DNA of 63,754 nt, filler included, from 4 parts of 4 records of this genome joined end to end with filler, not necessarily neighbours in it; one strand, 5' to 3'; shown: positions 10,628-21,817, counted from the first letter of the whole stretch. Made by a program: numbers and translations. The notes: generated by a model not told the origin, from the sequence alone.

Positions 10628-10694
10628 ATTGGTTTCTCCTCAACCTTCTATTCTATTTTTTTGAAACAACCACTTTTAGTTGTTATTACACAGG

Positions 10695-11372
10695 TTACCA
10701 GACTATTGGACTTTTACCTTTTTCTTTTAAAAAACTATTTATTTCACTAAAATTATTTTTAGTAAACCACTCCTCTTTATTTTTATTGACGCTTAATGGT
10801 GATGGGTGAATACTTTTTATCACTAAATGCTTTGTTTCATCAATATTTTTTCCTTTTTGCTTTGCATAATTTCCCCAGAGAATAAACACCAAATTTTCTT
10901 TTTCCGAAGAAAGCTTTTCAATAACAGCATCCGTAAATTTTTCCCAGCCTTTATTTTTATGACTACCAGGCTTTTTTTCTCGAACACTTAGTATTGCATT
11001 CAATAAAAGCACTCCTTGGCCTGCCCAACGTTCTAAATTACCAGACTCAGGAATCTCAGTTCCTAAATCCAAACTTATTTTCTTGAATATATTATTTAGT
11101 GATGGTGGTTTTTTAATTCCGTCATTTACTGAAAAACAAAGCCCATTGGCCTGCCCTGCTCCGTGATATGGATCTTGGCCAATTATTACAACTTTTACCT
11201 CATTAAAAGGGGTATGCTTGAAGGCTGAAAATAACTGTTCACTTGGCGGAAAACATTTGCTGACGCTTGAATTATACTCATTTTCAACAAATTCCATTAA
11301 ATTTTTAAACTCAGGGTTTTCTATTTCTTCCTTTAAAACCTGTTTCCAACTAGGTGGGATTGTTAGTTGCAT
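10695..11372 (-). CDS. ung: Uracil-DNA glycosylase
   Basis: GQDPYH, GVLLLN and HPSPLS motifs. Confidence 0.95.
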   Translation of the reverse strand: MQLTIPPSWKQVLKEEIENPEFKNLMEFVENEYNSSVSKCFPPSEQLFSAFKHTPFNEVKVVIIGQDPYHGAGQANGLCFSVNDGIKKPPSLNNIFKKISLDLGTEIPESGNLERWAGQGVLLLNAILSVREKKPGSHKNKGWEKFTDAVIEKLSSEKENLVFILWGNYAKQKGKNIDETKHLVIKSIHPSPLSVNKNKEEWFTKNNFSEINSFLKEKGKSPIVW

Positions 11373-11387
11373 TATTCTTACTTTTGT

Positions 11388-13586
11388 ATGATTGCTGAAA
11401 AAGTAAAATTAATGGAAATAAAACGGAAAGCCCGTATAGATACTAAAACTTTAGAAGACCTTGAATTCCCTTCGGTATTGCGGCAAGTTGCTGACAATTG
11501 CGTTACTGAACCTGGAAAAGAAAAAGTGCTTTTAATAAATCCATTTCAGGATTTTACTGAAATAGCTCCTGAGTTAAAGCGTGTAAAAGAGTTTACCGCT
11601 TCATTTGATGGAGAAAATCGTATTCCAAACCACGGTTTCGACCCTATTTTTAGAGAATTGCGCTTGCTAGATATTGAAAATAGCACGTTGGAAATCTCTG
11701 GATTTAGAAGGATTTTATCTATTTCAGAAACCACACGAATACTTTTAAAATTCTTTAAGAAATTTGAAGAATTCTATATTCACTTGAATCGATTTTCGGA
11801 AGAAGTAAATTATACTTCAATGATTTCCGAAGAAATACATAAACGTATTGATAAATACGGTGAAATTAAAGACGAAGCTTCTTCAGAATTAGGAGTAATA
11901 CGTAGAAGATTGAATGTAGTAAAAGGGAAAATAAATTCATCGTTTACCAAAGCGCTTTCGCAATATTTGCAGAATGATTATTTGGATGAAATTCGTGAAT
12001 CTATTGTTGAAAACCGTCGTGTGCTTGCAGTAAAAGCAATGCATCGCAAAAAAGTGAAAGGCGCTGTTTTAGGAAGCTCCAAAACTGGAAGCATTGTTTT
12101 TATTGAACCTCAGGAAACCCTTGAATACGCTAATGAACTCAGTAATTTGTTGTATGAAGAGGATGAAGAAATAAAAAAAATATTAAAAGCCTTAACTGAA
12201 TTTATTCGTCCCTATAATACGCTTTTGGCGGCTTACCAAGCGTATTTAACAACCATAGATGTGCTTTATGCAAAAGCGAAATACGCTATAAAAATAAATG
12301 CAGTTTTACCTATACTTACCACAGAAAAAAGAATTTTACTACAAAAGGCTTTTCATCCGTTATTGTTAGTTTCAAATAATAAACGAAAAGAAAAAACCTT
12401 CCCACAAACTATTGAATTGGTTCCTGATAAGCGGATTATTGTAATTTCTGGTCCCAATGCTGGAGGAAAAAGTATCACTTTAAAAACTGTTGGGCTATTG
12501 CAAGTTATGTTGCAAAGCGGAATGCTTATACCTGTGGAACCACAAAGTGAAGTTTTCTTCTTCAAACGAATTTTAACGGATATTGGCGACAATCAATCTA
12601 TTGAAAATCATCTAAGTACGTACAGTTACCGATTAAAAAAAATGAATCAATTTCTTAAGAAGTGTAATAAAAACACACTTTTTTTAATTGATGAATTTGG
12701 AACTGGAAGTGATCCTGAACTTGGTGGTGCTTTGGCTGAAACCTTTTTAGAAGTTTTTTATGAACGGGAAGCTTTTGGGATTATAACAACGCATTACACC
12801 AATTTAAAGCTATTGGCCAACGAATTGCCAAATGCTATAAATGCCAATATGCAGTTTGACAATAAATCGTTAGAACCGCTGTACCACCTTCATTTAGGTG
12901 AAGCTGGAAGTAGTTATACGTTTGAAGTTGCTCAGAAAAATGGGATTCCGTATAGTTTAATCAATAGGGCGAAAAAGAAAATTGAACGTGGCAAAGTACG
13001 TTTTGATAAAACCATAGCTAATTTACAAAAAGAGCGTTCTAACCTTCGGAAGACTTCTGAAGCACTTAAAAGTGAAGAACAAAAAGCCCGCGTAGAAGGA
13101 AAACAATTGGAAGAAATAAATGCTCGGGTTCAAGAAAAACTAGAAAGTTATCAGGAATTATTTGATGCCAACCAAAAACTTATTAGTCTTGGTAAAAAAG
13201 TAGCTGTGCTTTCAGAAAAATACTTTAACAACAAGCAGAAAAAGCAACTGATTGATCAGTTAATGAAGCTTGTTATGGTTGAAAATAGCAAACGAAAAAA
13301 GCTTGCTCCAAAACAAAAAAAGGCTGTAAAAGTTAAAGAACAAAAGGTAATTCAAGAAGTTGAAAAAAAGGTCGAGGTTATTCGTGAACGTAAGAAGGTA
13401 GAAAAGGAAAAAGCAAAAAAACTTCCACCACCAAAACCGAAAGTTACATTAAAAATTGGCGACAGAGTGCGTATGATTGACGGTCGCGCCATTGGAACGA
13501 TTGATACAATTGAAAAAACCAAAGCGATTGTTAATTACGGTATGTTTACTACAAATGTGAGTTTAGAAGAACTGGAAAAAGTATAA
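11388..13586 (+). CDS. mutS2: MutS2 family ATPase; start at 11388 or 11412
   Basis: GPNAGGKS Walker A, DIGDNQSIENHLSTYS, DEFGTGSDP, TTHY; C-terminal KOW-like domain. Confidence 0.9.
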   Translation: MIAEKVKLMEIKRKARIDTKTLEDLEFPSVLRQVADNCVTEPGKEKVLLINPFQDFTEIAPELKRVKEFTASFDGENRIPNHGFDPIFRELRLLDIENSTLEISGFRRILSISETTRILLKFFKKFEEFYIHLNRFSEEVNYTSMISEEIHKRIDKYGEIKDEASSELGVIRRRLNVVKGKINSSFTKALSQYLQNDYLDEIRESIVENRRVLAVKAMHRKKVKGAVLGSSKTGSIVFIEPQETLEYANELSNLLYEEDEEIKKILKALTEFIRPYNTLLAAYQAYLTTIDVLYAKAKYAIKINAVLPILTTEKRILLQKAFHPLLLVSNNKRKEKTFPQTIELVPDKRIIVISGPNAGGKSITLKTVGLLQVMLQSGMLIPVEPQSEVFFFKRILTDIGDNQSIENHLSTYSYRLKKMNQFLKKCNKNTLFLIDEFGTGSDPELGGALAETFLEVFYEREAFGIITTHYTNLKLLANELPNAINANMQFDNKSLEPLYHLHLGEAGSSYTFEVAQKNGIPYSLINRAKKKIERGKVRFDKTIANLQKERSNLRKTSEALKSEEQKARVEGKQLEEINARVQEKLESYQELFDANQKLISLGKKVAVLSEKYFNNKQKKQLIDQLMKLVMVENSKRKKLAPKQKKAVKVKEQKVIQEVEKKVEVIRERKKVEKEKAKKLPPPKPKVTLKIGDRVRMIDGRAIGTIDTIEKTKAIVNYGMFTTNVSLEELEKV

Positions 13587-13993
13587 TGCAGACTGCAACT
13601 GAAAATAAAATTATTCTTTTTGATGGGGTTTGCAACCTTTGCAATAACTCCATCAATTTTGTGATTAAACACGACCCGAAAAACAACTTCAAATTTGCAG
13701 CGTTGCAGAGTGAAATCGGGCAAGAACTACTTTCAAAATTTAATGTAAATACTGCAAAAGTAGATTCTATTATATTAATTGATGGTGACAAAAAGTATGA
13801 AAAATCATCAGCTGCACTTCATATAGCTAAAAACCTAGATGGAGCATACCCCCTATTTTTTGGGTTTATGATTGTTCCTAAATTCATAAGAAATGCAGTT
13901 TATGATTATGTTGCGAAAAACCGATACAAATGGTACGGAAAAAAGGAAAGCTGTATGATTCCTACACCAGAATTGAAATCTAAATTTTTATAA
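13586..13993 (+). CDS. DCC family thiol-disulfide oxidoreductase (DUF393)
   Basis: FDGVCNLC motif; YDYVAKNRYKWYG. Confidence 0.9.
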   Translation: MQTATENKIILFDGVCNLCNNSINFVIKHDPKNNFKFAALQSEIGQELLSKFNVNTAKVDSIILIDGDKKYEKSSAALHIAKNLDGAYPLFFGFMIVPKFIRNAVYDYVAKNRYKWYGKKESCMIPTPELKSKFL

Positions 13994-14019
13994 AGTGTTT
14001 AAAATCAATTAATTCTATT

Positions 14020-14808
14020 TTAATTAATTTGTTGTCCCGTATTTAATAAGCCTGGTGATTCAATTTCTGGAGAACTCCAGATAAAATCGTTATATGAATT
14101 TCCTGTTCCTTTAAGCTGTAGTGAATATCCAATTGACGTTGTGCTGGTTGATTCGGAAACCCCTATGTCTATAGATGTTGTGCCAATTGCGGTATTATTT
14201 GTAGCTATAAAACTTCCTTCATAACTTATAAACTGTATTACTTGATTAGTGGAAAGTTTAATGAGTGCTATTCCTTCCATATCATTTTGAATAGTAGTCG
14301 GGTAAAAACTTATAGCTCCATAATTATTAGATTCCATAGGAAGTATTCCCGATAAAGTAAATCCATCATATGTAGCGCCATTTGCTCCATTATAGAGCAA
14401 TATTCTATAATTACTCAAATCTAAACCAGATGGACCCGCAATTTCAATAAATTCACCAATATCACCTCCAATATTATCGTAGTGAAATTCATTAATCCAA
14501 GGTTCAATAGGAATTTTATCTAAGCAATAAATATTTTCCCAAGTACTACCATTCCAAATTTGAAAACATCCAATATTTTCAACAAAAACTAGCAAACCCA
14601 CATCATTAGAAATTGGATTAATTAAATCGCGCTGTGTCGTACTAGGAACCCTAGGGGGCATTAAACCTTTAAAAGTAATACCTCCATCTGAAGTACTACT
14701 TATTTCAAGCATTGAAGAATTAGCAGGGTATATTGTTCCAACTCCCACTTGGCTATATCCAATTCCCACTGTAAAGCCGCTAATAATAATTAAGGTATGT
14801 GTTTTCAT
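14020..14808 (-). CDS. Secreted hypothetical protein with lamin-tail-like domain
   Basis: Signal peptide, QVGVGT..P..S.MLEI Flavobacteria repeat, WINEFHYDN...EFIEI motif. Confidence 0.6.
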   Translation of the reverse strand: MKTHTLIIISGFTVGIGYSQVGVGTIYPANSSMLEISSTSDGGITFKGLMPPRVPSTTQRDLINPISNDVGLLVFVENIGCFQIWNGSTWENIYCLDKIPIEPWINEFHYDNIGGDIGEFIEIAGPSGLDLSNYRILLYNGANGATYDGFTLSGILPMESNNYGAISFYPTTIQNDMEGIALIKLSTNQVIQFISYEGSFIATNNTAIGTTSIDIGVSESTSTTSIGYSLQLKGTGNSYNDFIWSSPEIESPGLLNTGQQIN

Positions 14809-14943
14809 GACTATGAGTTTTATCATAGCCAAACAGAAAAAATCAATAAATAATAGATTGGGAAAACCAATCAGGGAGATGAACCTAATTTAGTGATTAT
14901 AAATTAATTACAATGCAAATATTTGTAAATTTTCAAAACTATT

Positions 14944-16389
14944 TTAAGAATCTAAATCGAAAGTTTCGGAAGGGTTTTCTTGAGGATTGTAATTTAGCAT
15001 TTCTTCACCATCCGCAATAATTGTACACACAGTAGCGTCTCCTGTTACATTTACAACAGTTCGGAACATATCTAAAATTCTATCTACTGGAAAAATAATA
15101 GCAATCCACGCAGGGTTTAATCCCACTGATTCTAAAACAATGATTAGCATAACCAAACCAGCGCTTGGCACTGCTGCGGAACCAATTGAAGCTAAAGTTG
15201 CTGTTAAAACAATGGTTAATTGTTGCCCAATTGTTAAATCTATCATGTGTAACTGCGCTAAAAATACAACCGCTACAGCTTGATATAAACAGGTTCCATC
15301 CATATTTACAGTTGCGCCGATAGGTAAAACGAAGCTGGTAATTTTTTTATCTACACCTAAGTTTTCTTCCACGCATTCCATAGTTACTGGAAGTGTTGCT
15401 GCGCTACTTGAAGTAGAAAAAGCTAAGGTTTGTGCTGGAGCCATAGCTTTAAAAAATCCTTTATATGGAATTTTCTTAACGAAAATCTTCATAAATAGCG
15501 GATAGATTATAAAAATCATCATCATAAGTCCTAAAAATACAGTAAGTGAATACCAGCTTAGGCCTTTAAAAATTTCATATACTTTACCAATATCGTCACC
15601 TGCCATCTTGCTTACAACTCCCGCCAATAAAGCAAACACGAAGAAAGGAGCAGCTTGCATAACCAAATCGACCATTTTTAGGAAAACTTCCATCATACTA
15701 TCCATAAAGGATGTAACTGGATGTGATTTTTCATTGGGAATCAATAACAAACAGACACCGAAAAATATTCCAAAGAAAATTATTTGAAGCATTAAACCGT
15801 TATCTGTTAAGGAAAAGAAGAAGTTCTCTGGCACTATATCCACTAATGGTTGTAATGGGGTAGCTTCTTTGGCTTGTTTCACAGTTTCCACTTTATCTGA
15901 AACAGCTGCATTATTTAATTCTCCTTTAGTTAAATCAGTAATTTTCTGGGCACGTTCAAAAAATTCAGGATCTTGAAGGTAATTTATTCCATCTTTAATT
16001 TCATGACCTTCAGATGCTGCCCAAATTTCATAGCTTATGCGGTTATCAATTCTACTTTGTTCATCAATAAGTTTTCCTGGTTGAATAATATTAACAAGAA
16101 TTAGCCCCATTGCTACTGCAAAAAGCGTTGTAAACAAATATGCTAATAGCGTTTTCCCTCCCATTCTACCTAAGCTAGAAGGATCGCCAATATTTGCCAC
16201 ACCACTTATAATTGAAACAAGAACCAATGGTACAGCGATCAACTTTAAAAGATTGATAAAAATCTTTCCAAAGGGTGCAATCCAATTAATGGTAAACTCG
16301 CTCCATCCTAATTGGCTAGAGAGTAAGGCCCAAATTATACCTAAAACTAATCCGATGATAATTTTCCAGTGTAGTGCGAGTTTCTTCAT
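14944..16389 (-). CDS. Dicarboxylate/amino acid:cation symporter (DAACS/GltP family)
   Basis: FSTSSSAATLP, GATVNMDGT, DRILDMFRTVVNVTGD motifs. Confidence 0.93.
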   Translation of the reverse strand: MKKLALHWKIIIGLVLGIIWALLSSQLGWSEFTINWIAPFGKIFINLLKLIAVPLVLVSIISGVANIGDPSSLGRMGGKTLLAYLFTTLFAVAMGLILVNIIQPGKLIDEQSRIDNRISYEIWAASEGHEIKDGINYLQDPEFFERAQKITDLTKGELNNAAVSDKVETVKQAKEATPLQPLVDIVPENFFFSLTDNGLMLQIIFFGIFFGVCLLLIPNEKSHPVTSFMDSMMEVFLKMVDLVMQAAPFFVFALLAGVVSKMAGDDIGKVYEIFKGLSWYSLTVFLGLMMMIFIIYPLFMKIFVKKIPYKGFFKAMAPAQTLAFSTSSSAATLPVTMECVEENLGVDKKITSFVLPIGATVNMDGTCLYQAVAVVFLAQLHMIDLTIGQQLTIVLTATLASIGSAAVPSAGLVMLIIVLESVGLNPAWIAIIFPVDRILDMFRTVVNVTGDATVCTIIADGEEMLNYNPQENPSETFDLDS

Positions 16390-16390
16390 T

Positions 16391-17470
16391 TTATTGTTGA
16401 ATTGTTGAAATTTTTGAAATCTTATTAAGCATATAAAAATCGGCTAAAACCAATGCGGCCATAGCTTCAACTATTGGAACAGCACGAGGTACCACACAAG
16501 GATCATGACGCCCTTTGCCTTCAGCTACTGCTTTATTTCCTTTGCTATCAATAGTATCTTGTTTTTGCATAATTGTAGCTACTGGTTTAAAGGCAACTTT
16601 AAAATAGATGTCTTCTCCATTACTAATTCCACCTTGAATTCCGCCACTAAAATTTGTTTTTGTACTTCCATCTTCATTAAAAGCATCGTTATGCTCGCTT
16701 CCTTTCATTGCAGTTCCCGCAAAACCACTTCCATATTCAAACCCTTTTACAGCGTTTATAGAAAGCATTGCTTTACCAAGTTCTGCGTGAAGTTTATCAA
16801 AAACGGGTTCACCCAAGCCAATTGGTACATTTTGAATTACACATGAAACGGTTCCTCCAACGGTATCACCTTCCTTTCTAATGAGCTTTATATACTCTTC
16901 CATTTTTGAAGCCATTTCGGCATCAGGACATCGTACAGGATTTTTTTCTATTTCTGAGAAATCGATTTCTGAATATGGTTTTTGCAACGTTAACGTGCCC
17001 ACAGAAGAAACGTAGGCTGTAATTTTTATAGTAGCGAGTAATTGTTTTGCAATTGCTCCAGCCACTACTCTACAGGCTGTTTCACGTGCTGAGGAGCGAC
17101 CCCCACCACGATAATCGCGAATTCCATATTTTTTATCGAATGTGAAATCTGCATGTGAAGGACGATAAATGTCCTTTATATGTCCGTAATCCTGACTTTT
17201 TTGATTTGTATTTTCAATTAAAAACCCTATTGACGTACCAGTTGTTTTTCCTTCAAATATTCCGGAAAGAAACTTCACTTCATCTTCTTCTTTACGTTGG
17301 GTAACAATAGCAGATTGTCCTGGTTTTCTTCGTTGCATTTCAGCGTTTATTGCATCAAAATCTAATGCGATTCCTGCTGGACATCCATCTATAATTCCAC
17401 CTATGGCTGAACCGTGAGATTCTCCGAAGGTGGTGGTTTTAAAGATTTTTCCGAATGAATTACCTGCCAT
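16391..17470 (-). CDS. aroC: Chorismate synthase
   Basis: MAGNSFG, FGESHG, RPSHAD, RSSARET, GRHDPC signatures. Confidence 0.96.
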   Translation of the reverse strand: MAGNSFGKIFKTTTFGESHGSAIGGIIDGCPAGIALDFDAINAEMQRRKPGQSAIVTQRKEEDEVKFLSGIFEGKTTGTSIGFLIENTNQKSQDYGHIKDIYRPSHADFTFDKKYGIRDYRGGGRSSARETACRVVAGAIAKQLLATIKITAYVSSVGTLTLQKPYSEIDFSEIEKNPVRCPDAEMASKMEEYIKLIRKEGDTVGGTVSCVIQNVPIGLGEPVFDKLHAELGKAMLSINAVKGFEYGSGFAGTAMKGSEHNDAFNEDGSTKTNFSGGIQGGISNGEDIYFKVAFKPVATIMQKQDTIDSKGNKAVAEGKGRHDPCVVPRAVPIVEAMAALVLADFYMLNKISKISTIQQ

Positions 17471-17643
17471 AAAGTGGTTTTCAACAAATGTAAACGATAC
17501 GAATGAATAATGAAAATAAACTGTATTCATAATATTCTGGAAACATTCCAAACACTAAATAACCGTAAAAAGAAGCAAACGTAACATTTACGTAAAATAC
17601 TTAGTTACTTATTTTTAGAAATTTGTTTCATAAAATATACTAC

Positions 17644-18480
17644 TTGAAAAGAAAAGTTGAGATTGTTGTTATTTCAGACGTGCATTTAGGAACTTATGGT
17701 TGCCATGCCAAAGAACTTCTTAACTATTTAAACTCTATTAAACCGAAGAAAATAATATTAAACGGAGATATTATTGATATTTGGCAGTTTAGAAAGCGTT
17801 ACTTTCCTAAGGCACATCTTCTTATTATAAAAAAAATACTTTCGCTTGCTACAAAAGGAACAAAAGTATATTATATAACCGGGAATCACGATGAGCAATT
17901 ACGCCGTTTTAGCAATACTAAAATGGGTAATATTCAGATTATTGATAAATTAGTGCTGAATCTTGACGGTAAAAAAGCTTGGTTTTTTCATGGCGATGTT
18001 TTTGATGCTTCCGTACAACACGCCAAATGGATAGCAAAATTGGGAGGTTGGGGTTACGATTTACTTATTCTTCTAAATAGATTCATTAATTATTTCCTTA
18101 TAAAAGCTGGAAAGGAAAAATATTCGCTTTCGAAAAAGATAAAAAACGGTGTAAAAGGCGCAATCAAGTTTATTAATAATTTTGAGGAAACCGCAACCGA
18201 TCTTGCAATCGATAATAATTTTGATTTTGTAGTTTGTGGACATATCCACCAACCTTGTATGAAGGAAGTTAAAACGCCTAAAGGAAGCTGTACGTATCTA
18301 AATAGTGGCGATTGGATTGAAAATCTTACTGCTCTGGAGTATTCTAATGAAAGATGGACGCTATACAGTTATCAAGACAGAAAACATCTTTTAGTACCTG
18401 AAGAAACAGAAATAGAGAACGAAGAAACTGATTTTGCAACAATGATGGCAGCAATGAAAACGTTTAAAGCTTCTTTTTAG
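17644..18480 (+). CDS. Metallophosphoesterase, UDP-2,3-diacylglucosamine diphosphatase-like
   Basis: SDVHLG, GDIID, GNHD, HGD, GHIH and NSGDW motifs; start uncertain (TTG 17644). Confidence 0.8.
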   Translation: MKRKVEIVVISDVHLGTYGCHAKELLNYLNSIKPKKIILNGDIIDIWQFRKRYFPKAHLLIIKKILSLATKGTKVYYITGNHDEQLRRFSNTKMGNIQIIDKLVLNLDGKKAWFFHGDVFDASVQHAKWIAKLGGWGYDLLILLNRFINYFLIKAGKEKYSLSKKIKNGVKGAIKFINNFEETATDLAIDNNFDFVVCGHIHQPCMKEVKTPKGSCTYLNSGDWIENLTALEYSNERWTLYSYQDRKHLLVPEETEIENEETDFATMMAAMKTFKASF

Positions 18481-21419
18481 AACGAATTATCTTTTAACGC
18501 ATTTTTCAAAATTGTAATAGGATGCAAAGCTTTTCTACCTGTACCGTCATAGATTTGATGCCTACAACTTGTTCCATTTGCAGAAATTATAGTGTCATCT
18601 GGAGATTTCCTTACAGCTGGAAACAGCTTCAACTCCCCTATTTTCATGCTAATATCGTAATGTACTTTTTCATAACCAAAACTCCCTGCCATTCCACAAC
18701 ACCCTGAAGTTATAATAGTTGGTTTGTAGTTTTTTGGAAGGTTTAAAATATCGAAGGTTACTTTTTGGTTGCTAAGTGATTTTTGATGGCAATGTGAATG
18801 GATTTTAATGTTTTTTTCTTCTGAAGTAAATTGTGATTCTGAAATATATCCTTTTTGAATCTCTGAAGCTAAAAACTCTTCAATCAAAAAAGTGTTTTCC
18901 AAAATACTTTTTGCTGAAACAATATCATCTGCCATTCTAAGGTATTCGTCTCGAAAACTAAGTATTGCTGAAGGTTCAATACCTATCAATGGAATAGACG
19001 CTGTTACTTTATCTTTTAAATAAGAAATGTTTTTATTTGCCTCATTTTTAGCTTCCACCAAAAATCCTTTTGAAATAAGGGCGCGACCACTATCCAAAGT
19101 ATCAACAATCTCCACTTTGTAGCCTAAACTTGTTAAAAGTAGAAAGGAATCGAGTGCTATTTCTGCATCTAAATAATTACTAAACTCATCAACAAAAAGT
19201 AAAACAGATTTAGTTGTTTTTCCACAATTATAATTTTTATTAAAATTTTGATTTACAGCAGAATTAGCTATCCTACTAAAACTTTTTGTTGAAATATTTG
19301 GAAGTGTACGATTTTGATGTACACCACTACTATTTTTAATAATTCTTGAAGTAAAAGAATTTGAAAAAACCCAATTTGAAGCCTTTGGAAATCGTGAAGC
19401 AATTTTATTGAGTTTCGTGCTTTTTCCAAAGAGTTTATTTGAAAATGAAACCCCATTCACTTGATTATATTGGTATAAAAATTCAGCTTTTGCGGTACTA
19501 ATATCTACATTACTTGGGCATTCGCTAGCACACGCTTTACAACTTATACACAGATCAAAAACTTCTTTTAGTGCTTTTGAATTAAACTTATTTACCGAAT
19601 CATTATTTGTTAAAACCTCTCGTAAAGCATTTGCACGAGCGCGTGTGGTATCTTTTTCGTTTTTTGTAGCTTGATAACTCGGACACATTGCACCAGCTGC
19701 ATCTGCAGACTTACGGCAATCCCCACTCCCATTACATTTTTCAGCGAGCCGAAGAATTCCTTCAGAATCACTAAAATCCATTAAAGTTTTAATGTTTGGT
19801 TCCTCCCTATCAACTTTATATCGTAGTGATTCATCCATTTTAAAGGCGTTCACAATCTTTCCAGGATTAAATATATTTTGAGGGTCAAACGCGGTTTTTA
19901 TCCGTTTTAAAAGTTCATAATTCTTCTGGCCTATCATCAACGGAATAAACTCTGCCCGAACTATTCCATCGCCATGTTCCCCAGAAAAAGAGCCTTTATA
20001 TTTTTTACAAAGAAGCGCAACATCCGTAGTAATTTTTCTAAAATAAGTAATCCCTTCCTGCTCTTTCAAATTTAGAATTGGGCGTAAATGAAGCTCTCCT
20101 GCACCAGCATGCGCATAATAAACTGCTTGTTGGTCGTATTTTTTCATCAAATCTGAAAACTCCTTAATATAATTTGGCAAATCTTCAAGTGCAACGGCAG
20201 TATCCTCAATACAAGCCACAGCTTTTTTATCGCCCACCATATTTCCTAATACTCCTAAGCCAGCTTTGCGTAATTCGAGTGCCATTTCAATTTCTTCCCC
20301 TCTTAAAACTGGGGTGTGATAGCTATAATTCGAACTATTTAACGATTCTAGTAAATGCTTTATTTGCAGGTTTAAATCTTCTTCAGTATCGCTTTTCAAT
20401 TCTAATAATAAAATTGCTTTTGGATCATCTTTTACAAAAAAACGATACGGCACATACGTTTTGTTTTTTTTGGTGCAATCTAAAATCACATTATCCATCA
20501 TTTCGCAGGTATGCAATTTATGCTGCATCGCAACCACAACATCGTTTAAGCAAGCCTCTAATGTTTTATAATGTGTTGCCACCATTGCAGTAAATTTTGG
20601 TGGTAAAGGATCTAATTGAAGTGTGATTTCTGTAGTAAAAGCGAGTGTTCCTTCACTTCCACATAGTAAATTACAGAGATTAATTTCTTCATTAGCATCC
20701 CCAAAAGCAGAGGAATTCAATAACATATCAACTGCATAACCTGTATTACGTCTATGAATTTCTGGTTTTGGAAATTGTTCTTTTATTTCTTGCTGAACTT
20801 CTTTTGAACTTAATTCGGAATAAAGCGTCCTATATATTTTACCTTCTAAAGAATCTGTTTCTGCTTTCCTTAAAAATTCTTCCTTGGAAAGCGATTTAAA
20901 CTCAACTTCTTCACCATTTGAAAGAAGTGTTTTCAATTTTAAAACTTTGTCGCGAGTTACGCCATATTGGATAGACGTTGTGCCACTACTATTGTTTCCA
21001 ACCATACCGCCAACCATACAACGGTTGCTCGTTGAAGTATTTGGACCAAAAAAGAGCCCGAATTGTTTTAAATATGTATTCAATTCATCTCGAATAACTC
21101 CAGGTTGAACAGTAACCGTTTTTTTTACGGTATCAACAGCTAAAATTTTGGTGAAATGCTTTGAAACGTCTACTATAATTCCATCGCCAACACATTGTCC
21201 TGCCAAAGAAGTACCTGCGGTTCTAGGAATAAGCGATGTTTCATTTATTTCAGCAAAAGAGATTAGTTGCTTAATTCCACGTTTATTTTTTGGAAAAGCT
21301 ACAGCTAGTGGAATTTTTCTATAAACTGAAGCATCCGTAGCGTATATTGAGGTATAAAGTGAATCTGTGAAAAATTCACCATTAAAAATTTTCTGAAAAT
21401 CGGATAATTGTTTTTTCAT
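18477..21419 (-). CDS. FAD-binding and Fe-S-binding oxidoreductase (GlcD/GlcF-like fusion)
   Basis: GTSLAGQ, GSEGTL, GEHGDG, CISCKACASECP, CCGMAGSFG motifs. Confidence 0.9.
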   Translation of the reverse strand: MKKQLSDFQKIFNGEFFTDSLYTSIYATDASVYRKIPLAVAFPKNKRGIKQLISFAEINETSLIPRTAGTSLAGQCVGDGIIVDVSKHFTKILAVDTVKKTVTVQPGVIRDELNTYLKQFGLFFGPNTSTSNRCMVGGMVGNNSSGTTSIQYGVTRDKVLKLKTLLSNGEEVEFKSLSKEEFLRKAETDSLEGKIYRTLYSELSSKEVQQEIKEQFPKPEIHRRNTGYAVDMLLNSSAFGDANEEINLCNLLCGSEGTLAFTTEITLQLDPLPPKFTAMVATHYKTLEACLNDVVVAMQHKLHTCEMMDNVILDCTKKNKTYVPYRFFVKDDPKAILLLELKSDTEEDLNLQIKHLLESLNSSNYSYHTPVLRGEEIEMALELRKAGLGVLGNMVGDKKAVACIEDTAVALEDLPNYIKEFSDLMKKYDQQAVYYAHAGAGELHLRPILNLKEQEGITYFRKITTDVALLCKKYKGSFSGEHGDGIVRAEFIPLMIGQKNYELLKRIKTAFDPQNIFNPGKIVNAFKMDESLRYKVDREEPNIKTLMDFSDSEGILRLAEKCNGSGDCRKSADAAGAMCPSYQATKNEKDTTRARANALREVLTNNDSVNKFNSKALKEVFDLCISCKACASECPSNVDISTAKAEFLYQYNQVNGVSFSNKLFGKSTKLNKIASRFPKASNWVFSNSFTSRIIKNSSGVHQNRTLPNISTKSFSRIANSAVNQNFNKNYNCGKTTKSVLLFVDEFSNYLDAEIALDSFLLLTSLGYKVEIVDTLDSGRALISKGFLVEAKNEANKNISYLKDKVTASIPLIGIEPSAILSFRDEYLRMADDIVSAKSILENTFLIEEFLASEIQKGYISESQFTSEEKNIKIHSHCHQKSLSNQKVTFDILNLPKNYKPTIITSGCCGMAGSFGYEKVHYDISMKIGELKLFPAVRKSPDDTIISANGTSCRHQIYDGTGRKALHPITILKNALKDNSF

Positions 21420-21553
21420 TGCTGAGACCGTAAAAGTAACAAACTTCCTTAACAAAATTTTGTAAAAAATATGATTTAGATTAGCATCGCCTTAACTATC
21501 ATCGAATACTTTTAAGACTATATTTACGATATTAACAACTTAAAGAAAAAATT

Positions 21554-21817
21554 ATGAAAAAATCAATTTTAGTCGTTCTTGCCGTAGTGGCTTTTGGATG
21601 GCAAGCTACCGCACAAGAAATATCAGAAAACGCTATTGGACTTAGGTTTGGAGACAATGATGGCTTCGGAACTGAAGTTAATTACCAGCGTGGTTTGGGC
21701 GACAATAATCGTTTAGAATTAGGACTAGGATGGAATAGTAGCCGCCATTATGACGCTATAAAATTAACAGGAATTTACCAATGGGTTTGGAATATTGATG
21801 GTGGTTTTAACTGGTAT
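21554..21817 (+). CDS. Outer-membrane beta-barrel-like hypothetical protein, truncated by contig end
   Basis: Signal peptide, alternating beta-strand pattern, runs into N gap. Confidence 0.6.

Noticed and set aside
17471-17551. N-terminal extensions in the ORF track (aroC, and likewise Sua5, DUF853, MBL, GATase, TIGR03808-like)
   Set aside because: Family-typical N-termini begin at downstream ATGs; the extensions are longest-ORF artefacts
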